A stretch of 63,915 bases of DNA, counting the filler, from Choristocarpus tenellus KU-1152 (taxonomy: Eukaryota; Protista; Phaeophyceae): NCBI GenBank assembly GCA_964200185.2. It is 12 parts of 12 records of this genome, joined end to end, with 100 filler letters (N's around TTAATTAATTAA, not from the genome) between each part and the next. Parts side by side here need not be neighbours in the genome. Positions count along the whole stretch, not along the records: positions 30,230 to 39,242 come from CAXNAD020004084.1; positions 39,343 to 42,739 come from CAXNAD020020310.1; positions 42,840 to 53,693 come from CAXNAD020002667.1; 9 more parts are not named here. One strand, 5' to 3'. This document shows positions 38,826 to 52,000 of this stretch, piece after piece. The position numbers were made by a program, and so were the translations under genes. A model generated the notes under the pieces. The model had not been told where the DNA came from and searched no databases. It saw only the letters and a list, made by a program, of their open reading frames with translations. Each line of letters begins with the position of its first letter. Within the stretch, counting starts at the first letter, position 1.

Positions 38826-39200
38826 TTCTTAAAAATACTAGAGACGCCAAAAAGCGACTCTAGAGTTTTATTGATCCGAATCAGATCAATAAAACTATTG
38901 AAGAGCCAAAACATGTGCGTTAGGGTTTTTACGAAATAATAATAATATTCCAATCTTTATATCATAAAAAAAAATACAAACCACATACTTCATTGATCCA
39001 ATACGTTTGAAACGTACGAAACAAAAAGGTCACAAAAAACTGATACTCTCTATCTCTTTTCAATTTGAAATTGTATGCTGTTCGATATTCGTATTTTTCA
39101 TAACACAATTGTCAACGGAAAGAGAAATCTGAGATTTGAGGACCGACCGACCAGATGAAATAAAGCAGCACCTCCCAGCCCTCACTCCTCATTTCAATTC
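38826..39200 (+). repeat. ~380-bp direct repeat, copy 2 (palindrome 38864-38896)
   Basis: Diverged copy of 37322-37699. Confidence 0.9.
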
Positions 39201-39201
39201 C

Positions 39202-39242
39202 GAGCCAAAGTATCTTAGAGGGTAGAGCCGCGTCCATTTGGG
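39202..39242. mobile_element. MITE family A terminus cut by gap
   Basis: GAGCCAAAGTATCTTAGAGGGTAGAGCCGCGTCCATTTGGG followed by Ns. Confidence 0.8.
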
Positions 39243-39354
39243 NNNNNNNNNNNNNNNNNNNNNNNNNNNNNNNNNNNNNNNNNNNNTTAATTAATTAANN
39301 NNNNNNNNNNNNNNNNNNNNNNNNNNNNNNNNNNNNNNNNNNCATGCTACCCAG

Positions 39355-39534
39355 GACGCAAAGTATCGGGAGGGGGGGGGGTCTACACCGGAGTGTCCAT
39401 TTGGACCATAACCAGGAAAAGTGCACTTTCATTATCCATCTCCCCAACGTATGGAACCAAATCACCCAAAATTCGCGACATAAAAAAATTGACCCCAAAT
39501 GGACAGCCGCCACCCCCCCTAGATACTTTGAGCC
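39355..39534. mobile_element. MITE family B
   Basis: Same body as 60344-60524 in reverse orientation. Confidence 0.85.
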
Positions 39535-39599
39535 CCAAAGCAGCGTGAGGCTTATCCTTGTGTGATGAAGGTTTTGTAACATTTTGGTTGGGCAGGGAT

Positions 39600-41050
39600 A
39601 AATGTGTATTTGCTCGCTACAGTTTGGATAATTCCTCTATGCATATAAGATTATCAGAGATCCGTTCTGCTTTGACTCCACATTTCACCATTTTGTTCCA
39701 CAGAGGATTGTTCTGCGAAATTACTAGTGGGCAAATTTGGCTTCTAATTTCTTTGCAAAATGAAGATGCCATACACTACTGTGAATTTTGATCTGGTGTA
39801 AGACATTAGGGAGGAGAATTGGAACGGTTCGTTCACATAAATCATTTAGTTGATCTTCACCTATTTATCTCCAAACGAAAGGGGCTTGACATGTATGAGG
39901 CATTAGAGAATCTACGGTATATGCTCGTTGATGCAAAACTAGGCGATTGGGCACAGCCTTCCGTGACTCTCCTTTCTTTGTCTTCAAAGAAGTCATGGCA
40001 GCCTTCACTGCGTTTTTCGACTGGCTATATGAAAGGACGCATTCTCTCACGAAAATGCGAATCCACTTGTGTTGCTATTATGTCTTTTCGAGGAACTTGT
40101 AGGAGCTTTCCTGCTACGCTCGGGACCTCGATTGTAGATGAGTCGCTCAGAAGATCACTGTGCATCCTAAGAGAGTCAAACAAGAGTTGTTCAAGGAGCT
40201 TGATGCGGAAAGGGGTTAAGTTATCACTTCGTGGGCGTGATGCACGATGATTCCTGGACCGATCCTTGGGTAAGGGCCACATTCCTCCTTGAACTCGCCC
40301 AAGAGCCTTGGTGAGAGCGTCAGCGAAAAAAAAAGGATTATTTGACGTGGTGGAGGCAGTGTTATCTGCTGATAACCCTTGAAAAACGGAGCCCTTACCT
40401 GGATCTCTGCGTTTTTTGTGAATGTGTTCCACAGTTTTAATGCAATCCTGATGGTAGCACATGTCTAGATTGTAAGTCGTTCTTTCTCTCTCTTGTTTGC
40501 CAAATCTTGACTCATTCGATTCAGCCTGTGCACGTAACTCATTGATTTCACTTCTCAATCGCGCTTCTACCTCTCAGTGACGGCATACTGGAATCATGCT
40601 TTCCCTCTGGGATGTCCTCAGTGGAACAGACCTGTGTGGAGAGGAATCTCTGATTCGGCTGTAATGTCCAAGTGAACGGGTTCAGCCTCTGTGATCGTCT
40701 CTCTTCCTCCGTGAGTCTCGTTTGGAGTGCCTATCCCGGGATCTCGACCTGGAACAGGATCTGTCTCTGGTGGAGGACCGGAAGTGGACACTCTCTCTTG
40801 ACCTGCCTCTGCGTTTGGTGGAGTCAAAACGACTGCTGTAGGATTTTTTGTGAGAAGCGGCACTGGGCTGGAACCTCTCAAAATCGATGATTCCTGGAGG
40901 AACCTGTGCACCAGGCAAGACTTCCATTTCCTTTCGAACTCTGTGAGTCAGAAATGTCTGCGTACCTGGGTAATATAAAGAACAACGTGGCACAAAAATC
41001 GGGAGTGTGAGTCTATGAATGGCAAGAAATAGGTACCTAAGCAACGTCTA
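39600..41050 (-). mobile_element. Probable degenerate retroelement gag-like region
   Basis: Broken ORFs (40911-40618, 40558-40025) with low-complexity and coiled-coil gag-like character; no decisive motif. Confidence 0.3.
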
Positions 41051-41839
41051 TACCATGGCGGTCAGAGACCACTCATCTACGTTATGAGGTGTATGGTGCT
41101 TCACTTGGAGCTACAGATGCCATCACACCAGTCCTTTCCTCCAAGTTAGAAGGGGTAAAAGGGGTTGACGGTGAAAGCGCTCCAAGATCATCCAAGCAGA
41201 CAGAAACTACGCAGAAGAAATTCCAGTCCATAGTAGGGAGATACTAAGAATCCTAAGTGCTGAGGTGAATACTGAGTATTCTCTCCAGTTTGAATAAACA
41301 ATGTAGGACCTCCATGTTACAGCACGCTCCATAGCTTACCTCCGCGGGATGTATAGCTCTAGTCCACAGGCCTATGGATGGCGTTGATGCTTGTACACGA
41401 CTCCTGCGATACTCCAACAGAGAAAAGGTCGAACGAGGATGATGAATATCAGGTCAGGTAAATGTAATCTTCTGAGTCAATAAGCATATATGTAAGAATT
41501 GGTATCAAAAAAGTGAGATGTTGGCGAATCTCATCTTTATTTACCCTTTATTTATTCTGGTTTCCAGACGTTGAAATACATCTGAAAACCGTTGCATAAA
41601 TTCCCAAGTTACAGATCTTACTCTGCGACTTTTGGCAAATCGGAGCTCCCTTTTTAGGAGTTCCACACACGCGTACCCTGCTCACGCTGGATGGAGCGTG
41701 GGAAGAAATACTTGCGCTATTCACCATTCACCTGTAACAAGATCATTTAGTCTAATTGTATCGGAATTGAAAAAGGAAATTGTGTGTTTGTGTGGCTTTG
41801 CCCTTCTTAATCAAGATGCCGAAACCATGAAGATTCAGG

Positions 41840-42530
41840 AAATGGACCAGACCTACTGACAGACTGAGAGGATGGTTAACCTCGAGGAAACAATCAGTGA
41901 TGGTGCTGCTATTACTAATGAGATCAGTCGGAGGGATCAGAAAGCTTGAATTTGTTTTCGTAATTACAGTCAAGTGCTTTCATAACAGGACTTCAGGTGT
42001 CTCACTTGAGCTCAAGATCCAAGAGGTTAAAGCTGAAACACTTCAAGTTCTGGTATATGGCTGTATGGCATGGACAATCAACCAGGCTCACGATTCCAAG
42101 TTCTGTTCTCACCCATCACAGTTTCCTCCGCTTCGTAGCTTTCCGTAAACGAGAATGCACCAATTCACATCCTATCCTACAAAGATCCAATTATTAGAAT
42201 TGTGTGTGAGAGCACTAAGGCAAGAGTATATAGGTTGAGCCTCCTCTTTATTGGGTCAGTTGTTTGTATGGGGGACGAGCGACTTCCAAAGATATTAATG
42301 TTAGGGGACCTTATTAATGAAAGACAGTAGGTGGAGAGAAGAACTGGCGGATATATCTCTAAGACGACTTTTTTTTACAAGTTTAGGATTGAAGTTGAGG
42401 GTTGGACCACCTCAACGACCACAAACTAAGCGGGGTGTTATGAACGTGTAGTGTGACTAACGGCACAACGTGAGGTTCATGACCGAATGGCATTCCGAGG
42501 AAACAGTGATAGCTTGTGTACGTCACCCAA
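41840..42530 (+). mobile_element. RTE-clade LINE relic, C-terminal ORF2
   Basis: LELKIQEVKAETLQVLVYGCMAWT...HHSFLRFVAFRKR...LLFIG.VVCMGDERLPKILMLGDL resembles the RTE C-terminal region. Confidence 0.75.
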
Positions 42531-42707
42531 AAATGCGAATAATGTCGCCCAACAAACCACCACCACCACCACCACTATTTATAATGTCTGCTGAAAGCGA
42601 ATTTCTTTTTGGACTGATTATTCTGTATTCTTTGTTCATCTTTTTCTCTTCTACTTATTTTTTTGGGGGGGGATGATGTTTTTTCTATGGCTTATTTTAT
42701 CTCTTCT

Positions 42708-42910
42708 GGGTCAAAGCATCTGGGGGGGGGGGGGGGTTTNNNNNNNNNNNNNNNNNNNNNNNNNNNNNNNNNNNNNNNNNNNNTTAATTAATTAANNNNN
42801 NNNNNNNNNNNNNNNNNNNNNNNNNNNNNNNNNNNNNNNCAAAAATCTCGACATGGAAAAATTGACCCCAAATGGACAGCCGCCACCCCCCCCCCAGATA
42901 CTTTGGGTCC
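42708..42910. mobile_element. MITE family B ends on both sides of a gap
   Basis: GGGTCAAAGCATCTGGGG before the gap and AAATGGACAGCCGCCACCCCC..AGATACTTTGGGTC after it. Confidence 0.7.
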
Positions 42911-42999
42911 TCTATGGAAGAGAGGTGGATCAGTAGCTGAGTGGGTTGAGGAGGTGAACATAAACCTTTTTACAGTCAACTTTCATTATTGCTTGATCA

Positions 43000-43230
43000 T
43001 CTAAGTTGCCCTGCGGAGTATGCAATCCCTATGATGAATCCAGGACTGTGGAATCCTGCAGGTGTCTACAGCCATTTTGACTGTGCCATGGCCTGATATC
43101 ACGGACTAGGGAACTAGCAACAAGGGGTATATCATGGGCACCCTTGAAATCAATGCAATAGATAGCACTGTAACGTTACTGGAGGTTCTCCTGGGGCTTC
43201 CTCTCCTGTGACATCTTGACCATATGAGCT
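43000..43230 (-). mobile_element. LINE RT fragment
   Basis: YCIDFKGAHD resembles the non-LTR RT motif F+D+.KA+D. Confidence 0.4.
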
Positions 43231-44053
43231 AAGGGTTGTATTTAGTTTGTGTGTAGTCGTTTTTCTATATAGAGAGGTTAAAGATGAGTTTTTATGCAGC
43301 AAAGACTACAGTATGCGCTGTGCCTATCTTTGCAGCTACAATAGAGGGGGTAGTATACAGCCAATTAAGGTGCTCACCTAATTGTCCTTACTCATTGATG
43401 TCAATATATGAAGTAATTGAATATTGAAAGAGTGTTCAATTGACTGGTTTGTTGGCAGTTCTAACCTCCACAGGTTGTAAAACGCAGGTCCCGACTGTCA
43501 TGTACAATAAATTACTACTCCATCACAGATCCTCTGCAAAAAATCAAACTTTGGACAAGCAAGGTTATAAACAAGCAACTGCAAGTATAGAGAAGCTTGG
43601 GCACCACACTAGGCAACCAAAGGCGCAAAGAAATTGAAACATAGCCCAAGGCACTACCCCTAAATATGGCTGGCTTTCTACTTTCCTTTCTTTCTCTTTC
43701 TTTTTGTAATTCATTTTGTAATTTTTCCTGTTAACTTCTTTCAGTGTATATAAATACACAACAATCATCTTCCTCTCTACCCTTCTCGCTTATTCTGCCA
43801 TCCTTTCAACCACAGCAGTCTACAGAAATCGGGCTAGAAACTTAAGGTTATGATAAGACTACTGATGGTGTGATACTCTAGAAACGCTAATAATAATGGA
43901 ACAAACATATGTATAGACCATGTGAGGAAGTCACCATTGAAATATTAATAGTTTGTTGATCATATTCAATACCCTGATTGATATATTTTCAAACAATATC
44001 CATTTCACGCTTTTTCAAGACCATTACAAAACTATAATATATATACCGCTATT

Positions 44054-44333
44054 GAGCCAAAGTATCTTAGAGGGTTAGAGCCGCGTCCATTTGGGGGTCA
44101 AAATCCAATGTTGCAATTTTGATGTAATTTTGGATATCGTGTTTGTTAGGAAGTGTCAATATCCATGTTGTGTCAATATCCATGTTCTGGACACACCTTT
44201 TCATAACATACACATTTTACCTACTCCTAAACATTTGGGAGTAGGAAAATGTCGTTAAAAAAAACAACATGGGAAGCCAAGTCCCAAATGGACAAACAGG
44301 GCAAAACTCATACCCTCTAAGATACTTTCACTC
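44054..44333. mobile_element. MITE family A, TSD ATT
   Basis: TIRs present, flanked by att/att; small internal duplication at ~44152-44187. Confidence 0.9.
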
Positions 44334-44599
44334 ATTAGCAGTACTGTCATGTTCCAAACTCCAACCACTGTACTTTTTATATACACCAAAATCAATTGCA
44401 AGACCGTCAACTATTCTGAAGTGCAGCACGGGACCTTGACTGAGTATTTAATCATACCAGCAACTTTTCAAACATCTAACTATAAAACCCCCAAAATGAA
44501 AAATAATGACCCGTTCAACCAAAGAGAAGATCCAACTTGCTTCTATATCTTGTCCTTGCAACTTTTCAATTTCCATAACCCTCTGGAACTTGCTCTCAC

Positions 44600-46200
44600 C
44601 CTTGATGCCTTTCTTGCCCATATGAATGCTTCTTCTCCTTCTGCCTCTGCTGCTCCAACAAGATATCTTTCACCAAGTCATTCTGTTTAATAAGCTGAAA
44701 TCTGAAAGCACCTCAGATGAAAAAAGAGAGCTAATGTGCTGTCTCAAAGGAGGAGGACTAGACTTGCACTCTATACATGAACTTCTTACTAAGAACTATG
44801 GTTACATATGAATATCTTGTCTACCTTGTACCAGATTAATTCAATATCTGTCGAGTAGGACAAGAGAGGAAACAGCAAGACTGTGCCCTTATCTTACCCC
44901 TAGCACCCCCTGCAATGATATAGCTCTTGATGTGAACAAGGTATTAATTCCCATCACTCCTACCACTCTTCATGTTTCCAATCTTGTATGTGGCAGTGTC
45001 TGCTTTGTCCAGTTTATCATTGCCCCTACTATTTTTTCTATGCTTGCAAGCATGACCGTGGCAGGAGGAGGCAAAATGAGTCGAATAGAATTTCATCATT
45101 TGTAATCTTTGCCTTATTGACATTTGCTGGAGGGGGAAATTATAGCTGAGTGAGTGAAAAAATACTATTATCAGAACCTCAGGGCACATAGGAGTACTCC
45201 TCGCTTCGCTTGTGCTCGGCCCTGATACTTGGTGCTGTTAGTGTTTTCATTTTTTTTATCTCTGCAATTCCTGGATACAGTCATAAATAACTACTTCAAA
45301 CTAACCCAGAACAGACCACTGGTCCAAGATCTGAACGATTTGAACGATTGATTGAGGAGAAGGTTTACCTGCGATTCTCTTGAAGAATTGCTTTCCGTAG
45401 AAGATCCCCTATATCTGAAGTGTGGGCAACAAGGAGAAGGATACGATCTTATTATCACCAGCTACTATTTGAAATTATCACTCTTCTTGCACCTACCTAT
45501 CCATGTTTTCGACCTACTGCTGCGCCCTTGAGCTTAACAGAGTTATATGCGCTCTGCAAATTGAAAAAGAACTATGAAAATCATTCTCACATGGCTGCAT
45601 CAGTTAAACAGCAATGCCAACTCGCTTGGTTGTCATCCTTTGGTGTTGCCTTCAGAGTACTCTCTACGTCACTATGCCTTTCTACTGCTAACGAAAAGGA
45701 GGACGCGATGGCCTTTGATTCGTCTTCGATGTGTGCGGGGTTAAGGCTGCTACGTTCAGTGTCATCCTAAAACATTATTGGTAGATCTCACACAACAGTT
45801 CACACTGCTTATATATAGTTTTTATGTAGCGTGACTCAATGTATGGTATGTACAAAGAAAGGCATCCTGTTTGAAATATTTCCTACCCTTGCACAACATT
45901 TTAATCAAGTAGAACACGACAAAGAAATACTGTAGTAATTTCATTGCTACGACCTGTAGGCTCCCTCAATTCAAGACTGTTCATACCAATCAATGCGTCT
46001 GGGAGCTCACCTGAGTCACTCTCCATTCTCAATACTCCTGAATTCGACCTTTTCTCCTCAACTTATGGCCCTCACTCATGATTTGATCGACAAACAGGTC
46101 GGTATCAAGGGGATAGAAATTCTGACCCGTATCATTTTGTTAGGACTACATGAGTGCTGTCTCAAAAGGCAATTCCTTGGAAAATCTAGTATCAGCCCTG
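44600..46200 (-). CDS. Possible exon fragments of an unknown gene or pseudogene (e.g. ~45767-45620, ~45415-45370, ~44695-44600)
   Basis: Short AG/GT-bounded open segments (DDTERSSLNPAHIEDESKAI..., DIGDLLRKAILQENR, LIKQNDLVKDILLEQQRQKEKK). A full model could not be assembled. Confidence 0.25.
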
Positions 46201-49087
46201 CATGATTGGTGGACAAATGTCTTCTTGATATGTATATATATATATAACGTTTCTTGTAACTGCCAAGTGCACTATATTTTGGAAGCAACAAAGGCTACAA
46301 AACGGTCAGTAAAATGGCACACTTTTGGAGAATGTATGAAAATGTCAGAGGGCATAATAATATATAAATGTATGGAGTATGTTAGTAATGTTGTTTGTCC
46401 GTTCAATCTTGAAATAATGTACCATCAACTTGGAGATTTGGCATAAAAATCCACCACCCTACCTATTTACTCCCCTCCTACACGATAATCAAGTATGTCA
46501 AATATCAGCCTGATGGCCAAGGAGGTTATCGGCTTAATAGTACTTCTTTATCTGGTAGGAACACATTCCCGCATACGTGTGTTTCAATTTTGCAATTTAA
46601 GGTGCTGGGGATGGACATGAGGAAGGGATAAAACGGGAAACGGATCAGCCACATGGACAACAATTTGTATAGAGCACTATAAAATTATATTTAACACTCT
46701 CCATCATCGTTTGTTCAAAAGGTTTTTGAGAGCCCAGTAAATAAAGATCCTGACTACATAGCTGAACACCGCACTCAATTTGTACACAACTCTGCATGCT
46801 AGAGATCTAGAAAATGGTAGCACTAATTACATTGTCGTCCCAGCGTTTTCATGATCTCATCTATTAGTGAGCAAAACATTTTTTACGGAATTGCTGTTAA
46901 GGGCGACGTCAGATTAGCCGAAACATCCCCACGGGGCTGTCGAGGGTAAAAGTAACCGACAACTGACCTAACATATTTTCCTCCTGAGCACAATAGATGC
47001 TATTTCGAAGTAGTAACTGATGATGCTATATATTATGTACAAAGTGATGGGTATCTATCGATAACTAGGTATTGTCATACTGACCCACTTTCCGTCTAAC
47101 TGTAGGACATGTGTTCATTCCGTCCCTCTCCACACAAAAATTTCTGACTTCAAATGGTTTCAAGCAAACGAAATACATGCAGGGAAGGACCATAGCAGAG
47201 TGGTTGAGCACCTGGTTACATTCTGTCACGTCAAACATTTGCCTACCCTGCCACTTTTCTATCTGCCCCACTACGGTGATTATTTTGTTGATGGGGCGTT
47301 CATTATCACAGACCTCAAATAGGTGGAACAATATCAATCAATATTGACATTCCATCTAAAGCAAAACAAGTTACCACAGAGTCATACCAATTGAGATGTA
47401 GACGGTTCCATTTAAGGATCCTGAGGATGGCGATAATATTCCATTTTGTACAATTCCAGAAAGAATCTTTGGTGAATTGTGGTATCGCTTTGTGTGTGGA
47501 AAGGGGGGGTATCAATTTTGTTTGCACTACTGTGAATATAATGCAATGAAATAGACTATTACACAGGAAAAGTAACCTGGCTTAGAACAACAAATTCTCT
47601 AAACCTGCCTTGCTTACCTTGCAATGGATTTGACTCCTCAATGCAATTTAAACACTTCACTCTTCTCTACATATACACAATTACATACTAGACAGTCATG
47701 TGGCTCTAAATGACCAGTTCTCTTCTGTCCTAATATATAATGTTGAAAATAGTTTCACCAGGTGGAAGAACAAATTACACAAAAAAAATGGAATTTATAC
47801 ATGCCTCCCGTCACAATTTGGTTAAAGGGACCTCAACAATTCTGTTCAGTTAAATCAACCCCACAATCTGCCAATTTCAGCACAATTGTGTGATCTATTT
47901 ATGCCTTTAGTAAATTTGTAGTGCTGTTGGAAGAAAAAGAGGTATCATAGATATCGTACTTGAACACCCTTAACTCGTAGGTTACTCTTTCATATGTGTG
48001 TGTGTGTGTTGTGTGTGTGTGTTTTTGCTATACATATACCCAGAGAAAACGTCTTGCATTGCTACAGGTTTGGGTACACATTTTGGTCCTAATCCAGCAC
48101 ACCAAGAAAGGTACTTGATGGGGTCAGAAAATAATGACAAAACTTTATCACGCACAACACCAGGAATTGGTAAATCTGAAGATCTTCAAGATAGAAAAAA
48201 ATGAGATATCTACTTAGGTGGTCGTTGCTGAGTGGTCACCCAAAGAAACACATTGAGCCAACGATCCACTCAAAGTTCCTAGGCTGCTGCTTCCTGAACA
48301 AGAAAATGTTTAACCATCATGCGGATTTTGTGAAATAGTGGTTATCATTTTCTTACTATCTTTCTGTGCATCACACCATATCCAATTCACATATTCATGG
48401 ACAAAACACAGACAGGTGCTTGGTAATATAACAATAATTACCTTTACTCAAGAGGGTTACCATCCCAAATCCAGCCTCTACTGTATCACAATGTTACCAA
48501 GTAACATTTAGCCGTATTATCAGAGAAATAGTCCTCAAGGTCAACAAGCCAAGTCAAAATTGTGTCAACAAGTGTGTTACAAAGTATTAAATTCCCCAAG
48601 GAAGCACTGGAAAAAGGATATACTGATATCACATTCATAATTTGTTACTTGTGCCACCTCCCCCACCTCCCCAATCACCATCAACATACAGTTCCACCTT
48701 AGTCATAACCTTCAAGCCAGGCTCAATTATAGAATGCTTCTAGCTACTCTCACATTCGCCAGTGATGTTAATCAAAACAAAGATCAAAACACCAACCCTA
48801 GACACTCAATACCAGTAACACAATTAGGTTACTTCCTCTTATGTTAATTCCTCTTACGCATGGAGTGCTTGCAGCCGAAATAACATGATATGCACTTACC
48901 AATGAACATGAAATGACTTTGAGTTGGGTGATGGGCAAGAAATTGAAATGAAGGTGAAAGGACAATCTTACGCCCTCTCACAAAAAGGTTTTCATTGCTA
49001 CAAAAACCAAGAATGAACGATATATATCCAATATACATCAAGAACCCAAGGAGGGAGTCTTTGGACAAAATAAAATAGTTTTCATTT

Positions 49088-52000
49088 TTAGGTAGATGCC
49101 TTCATGAGATTGAGGGCACTGCCAGCCTTGAACCACTCGATTTGCTCTGCATTGCAAGTGTGGTTGACTGTGACATCAAATGCAGGGCTGCCATCCCCAG
49201 GCTTGACCTCCATCACCAGTGGCACACCTTCAGCAAATGTGCCCAGACCCTTGATCCCCACCCTTTTACCAAAACACACAAAGACCAATCAATCAGTTTG
49301 TACCAACAGAAAAACTCGCATTGGGGAAACAAGATATTGGATATAGTGCTGTGGCAACGAGATCCAAATGAGATAAGTCACATATTGATCTGTTTTGTTG
49401 TTGGTCAATCAAATAGTTAATAGTTAATAGTTAACATTGGAGTTATAATGAGATCACAATAGATCAGGCTTCCTAGGCTAATTAGTCTATGAGATTGGCC
49501 TTGGAATAACTCTTGAACAACTCTTGAACACATTTCATATTTGATTTCAAAAGTTTCAAAGCAAAAAAGTGACATCCTTCCCACACAAACTTGCAGTCTT
49601 CATCATGTTTGAGCCCTGAATATCCCCTTTATTGACAATGATTAGGCTACGCAAATTACATTTTAGTGAGTTCCTGCTTAGGGTAGAACTGGTGTTTATG
49701 TACAAGTGTGTCAAGTCAATGTCCCTGATGGTGTATGGCAACTAATCAGATGAATACCAGGCAAAGGTTGGTCAAGATGAAGTCTCAAGTAGGCTATTCC
49801 TTCATCTTGGACTTGTCCATTAAACATTTTATCTCTTGTTCATGTCTTGTAAGATGTAATCAGACAACTGGTTGTACAAGTAAGTCAAAGAGGAAGAATT
49901 TGAGTGACAATCTACCGATCAGGATGCTCGACTCTATTTGGATTCATCTTCAAGTGCAATTGGAAACCAAATATCCCAATAACAAGGATTCTTTAGACAA
50001 GTAGAAAGCACTACATACACTAAAGTAATTAAAGCAATATTTCTTCAAAACAGGATGTTCAGCACAACAGAGATGCTTTGTACTAGTCAAAACTGGAGTA
50101 TTGACTACTCTAATACCCCCCACTCCCTGCCCCCGTTGGTTCTCTCTCACTTGTCATTCCCAGTGATGCGGCTGTAGTCATTCGGGTCAGCAAAGGTAAG
50201 TGGGAGCATGCCTTGCTTCTTGAGGTTTGTCTCATGAATGCGTGCAAAAGACTTCACCACAACAGCACGCCCTCCAAGGTGCCGAGGTTCAAGTGCAGCA
50301 TGCTCACGAGAGGAACCCTCACCATAGTTGTCATCTCCAATAACCACCCACCCTACTCCTCTAGCCTTGTAATCTCTTGCAACATCAGGCACCTTGCCAA
50401 ATCCTCCAGTCACCTGTATAAAGTACCAATGGTGGATATTACAATAAAAACAATCCGGTTCAGAGTATTGCTATTCATAGGGAGGGATTCTCATATGTAT
50501 GGGTTTCCAGGGATATAAAAATATAATTGCTTTTTGGTATGTGTCAGAACTGTAATAAAACAACAGTGGCATTGAGGAATGAACAAATAGAGATCAAATT
50601 TATCTTTGCACCTTTTTTGGGCATCTTAAATTAAATACAATAGGGAGACACCTCGCAGCATAGGTATACATACACAGGTTGGTCATTGCTGTACCTGATT
50701 CTTCACACTGTTGGTCTCCCCGTTCTCAGCATTTTCAGCCCCAATGAGCATGTTGTTGCTAATGTTGTCTAGGTGACCGCGGAATTTGAGCCAGGGTCCA
50801 GCCATGGAGATGTGGTCTGTTGTGCACTTTCCCTTGGCCTAATACAATGGTGAGTGCGGGAAGGGGAGAGCAGGAAAGGGACTATAAATAGCACACACAC
50901 ATGAGTATCGTCTGAACCACTGTAAGGGAGAAGAGCATGAATCATGATTCTAACAAGCAAAGCAAGGTATCTCTATAGTAGGTACACTAGGTATCGTAGG
51001 TCCTGTGGTACTCCCTGCATGTGTTACAATGTGCTGTGATGAATGACAATGAGTGTCCCCACTTGACAGCGACTATCTTCTCCTCCTGCCACTTACAGAT
51101 GGTCTAGGTAATGACACAGGGTGCTAACCAATTAGCATAGTACTATATAAATAGGGTTAGGGTGAAGTTAAGGGAATGTGGTCAAATATTTTTTATTATT
51201 CCAACATTAGAAGCAGGCTTGTGGCTTAGGGTTAGGAATATCAATACTCTCCATTGATACAAACTAGGCTAGGAATATGGAACATGACAATACCCCCATT
51301 CAATCTAGCGCAACTATTATTGTCATATCATTTAATGCCGTATCATTTATTGTCATATCATTTAATGTCCAACATGTTCCTACAGAACATGGAACACATA
51401 TTAATATAAATATATTATAGATTTGCTGAAAAATCCAAAAATCTAAGACATCAAGTGACTGGCCTGTGGGCATACCATGCAGTTGTAGAGTATAACTGAG
51501 GTCAATGCATATTAGACATGCCTTCACATATTCATGGAATCCCACCGTTAAATGTGGAAACCCATACAATATATGCGTACACCTCCACATCCAAAATATA
51601 CAACAATTCACACTTTGGAAAATGCACCAGTCCCACAACTGAACTAAACATTTAATTTACTTTCATAAACAATAAAATGCTATTGGCGCTGTAAATCAAA
51701 ACATCTTCCAATAAAAATAATTTAGCTACAATACATTTCGATGTACCCAACTATAATCAAAGGGGTATAATCAAAGGGCCATATGAGGTGCATCAATCAA
51801 GAGAAGAATTGGTGAGGTCCGTGACCAGTGCACACCAGAATTAAAAAAAATAGAATAAAAACAAAAAAAAAATATCCATCCATAATTTATTTTGATACTG
51901 ATCACTCAACAGAAAAAACAAACTGAATTGACTTAATATTTGACAAATCCCTGAGAGAATTTGTGGAGAAAATATTGGACAGCAAAAAAAATTAAATGTT

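Noticed and set aside
37322-39200. Direct repeats as LTRs of a retroelement
   Set aside because: No TG...CA ends, PBS/PPT or gag/pol between them that I could identify.
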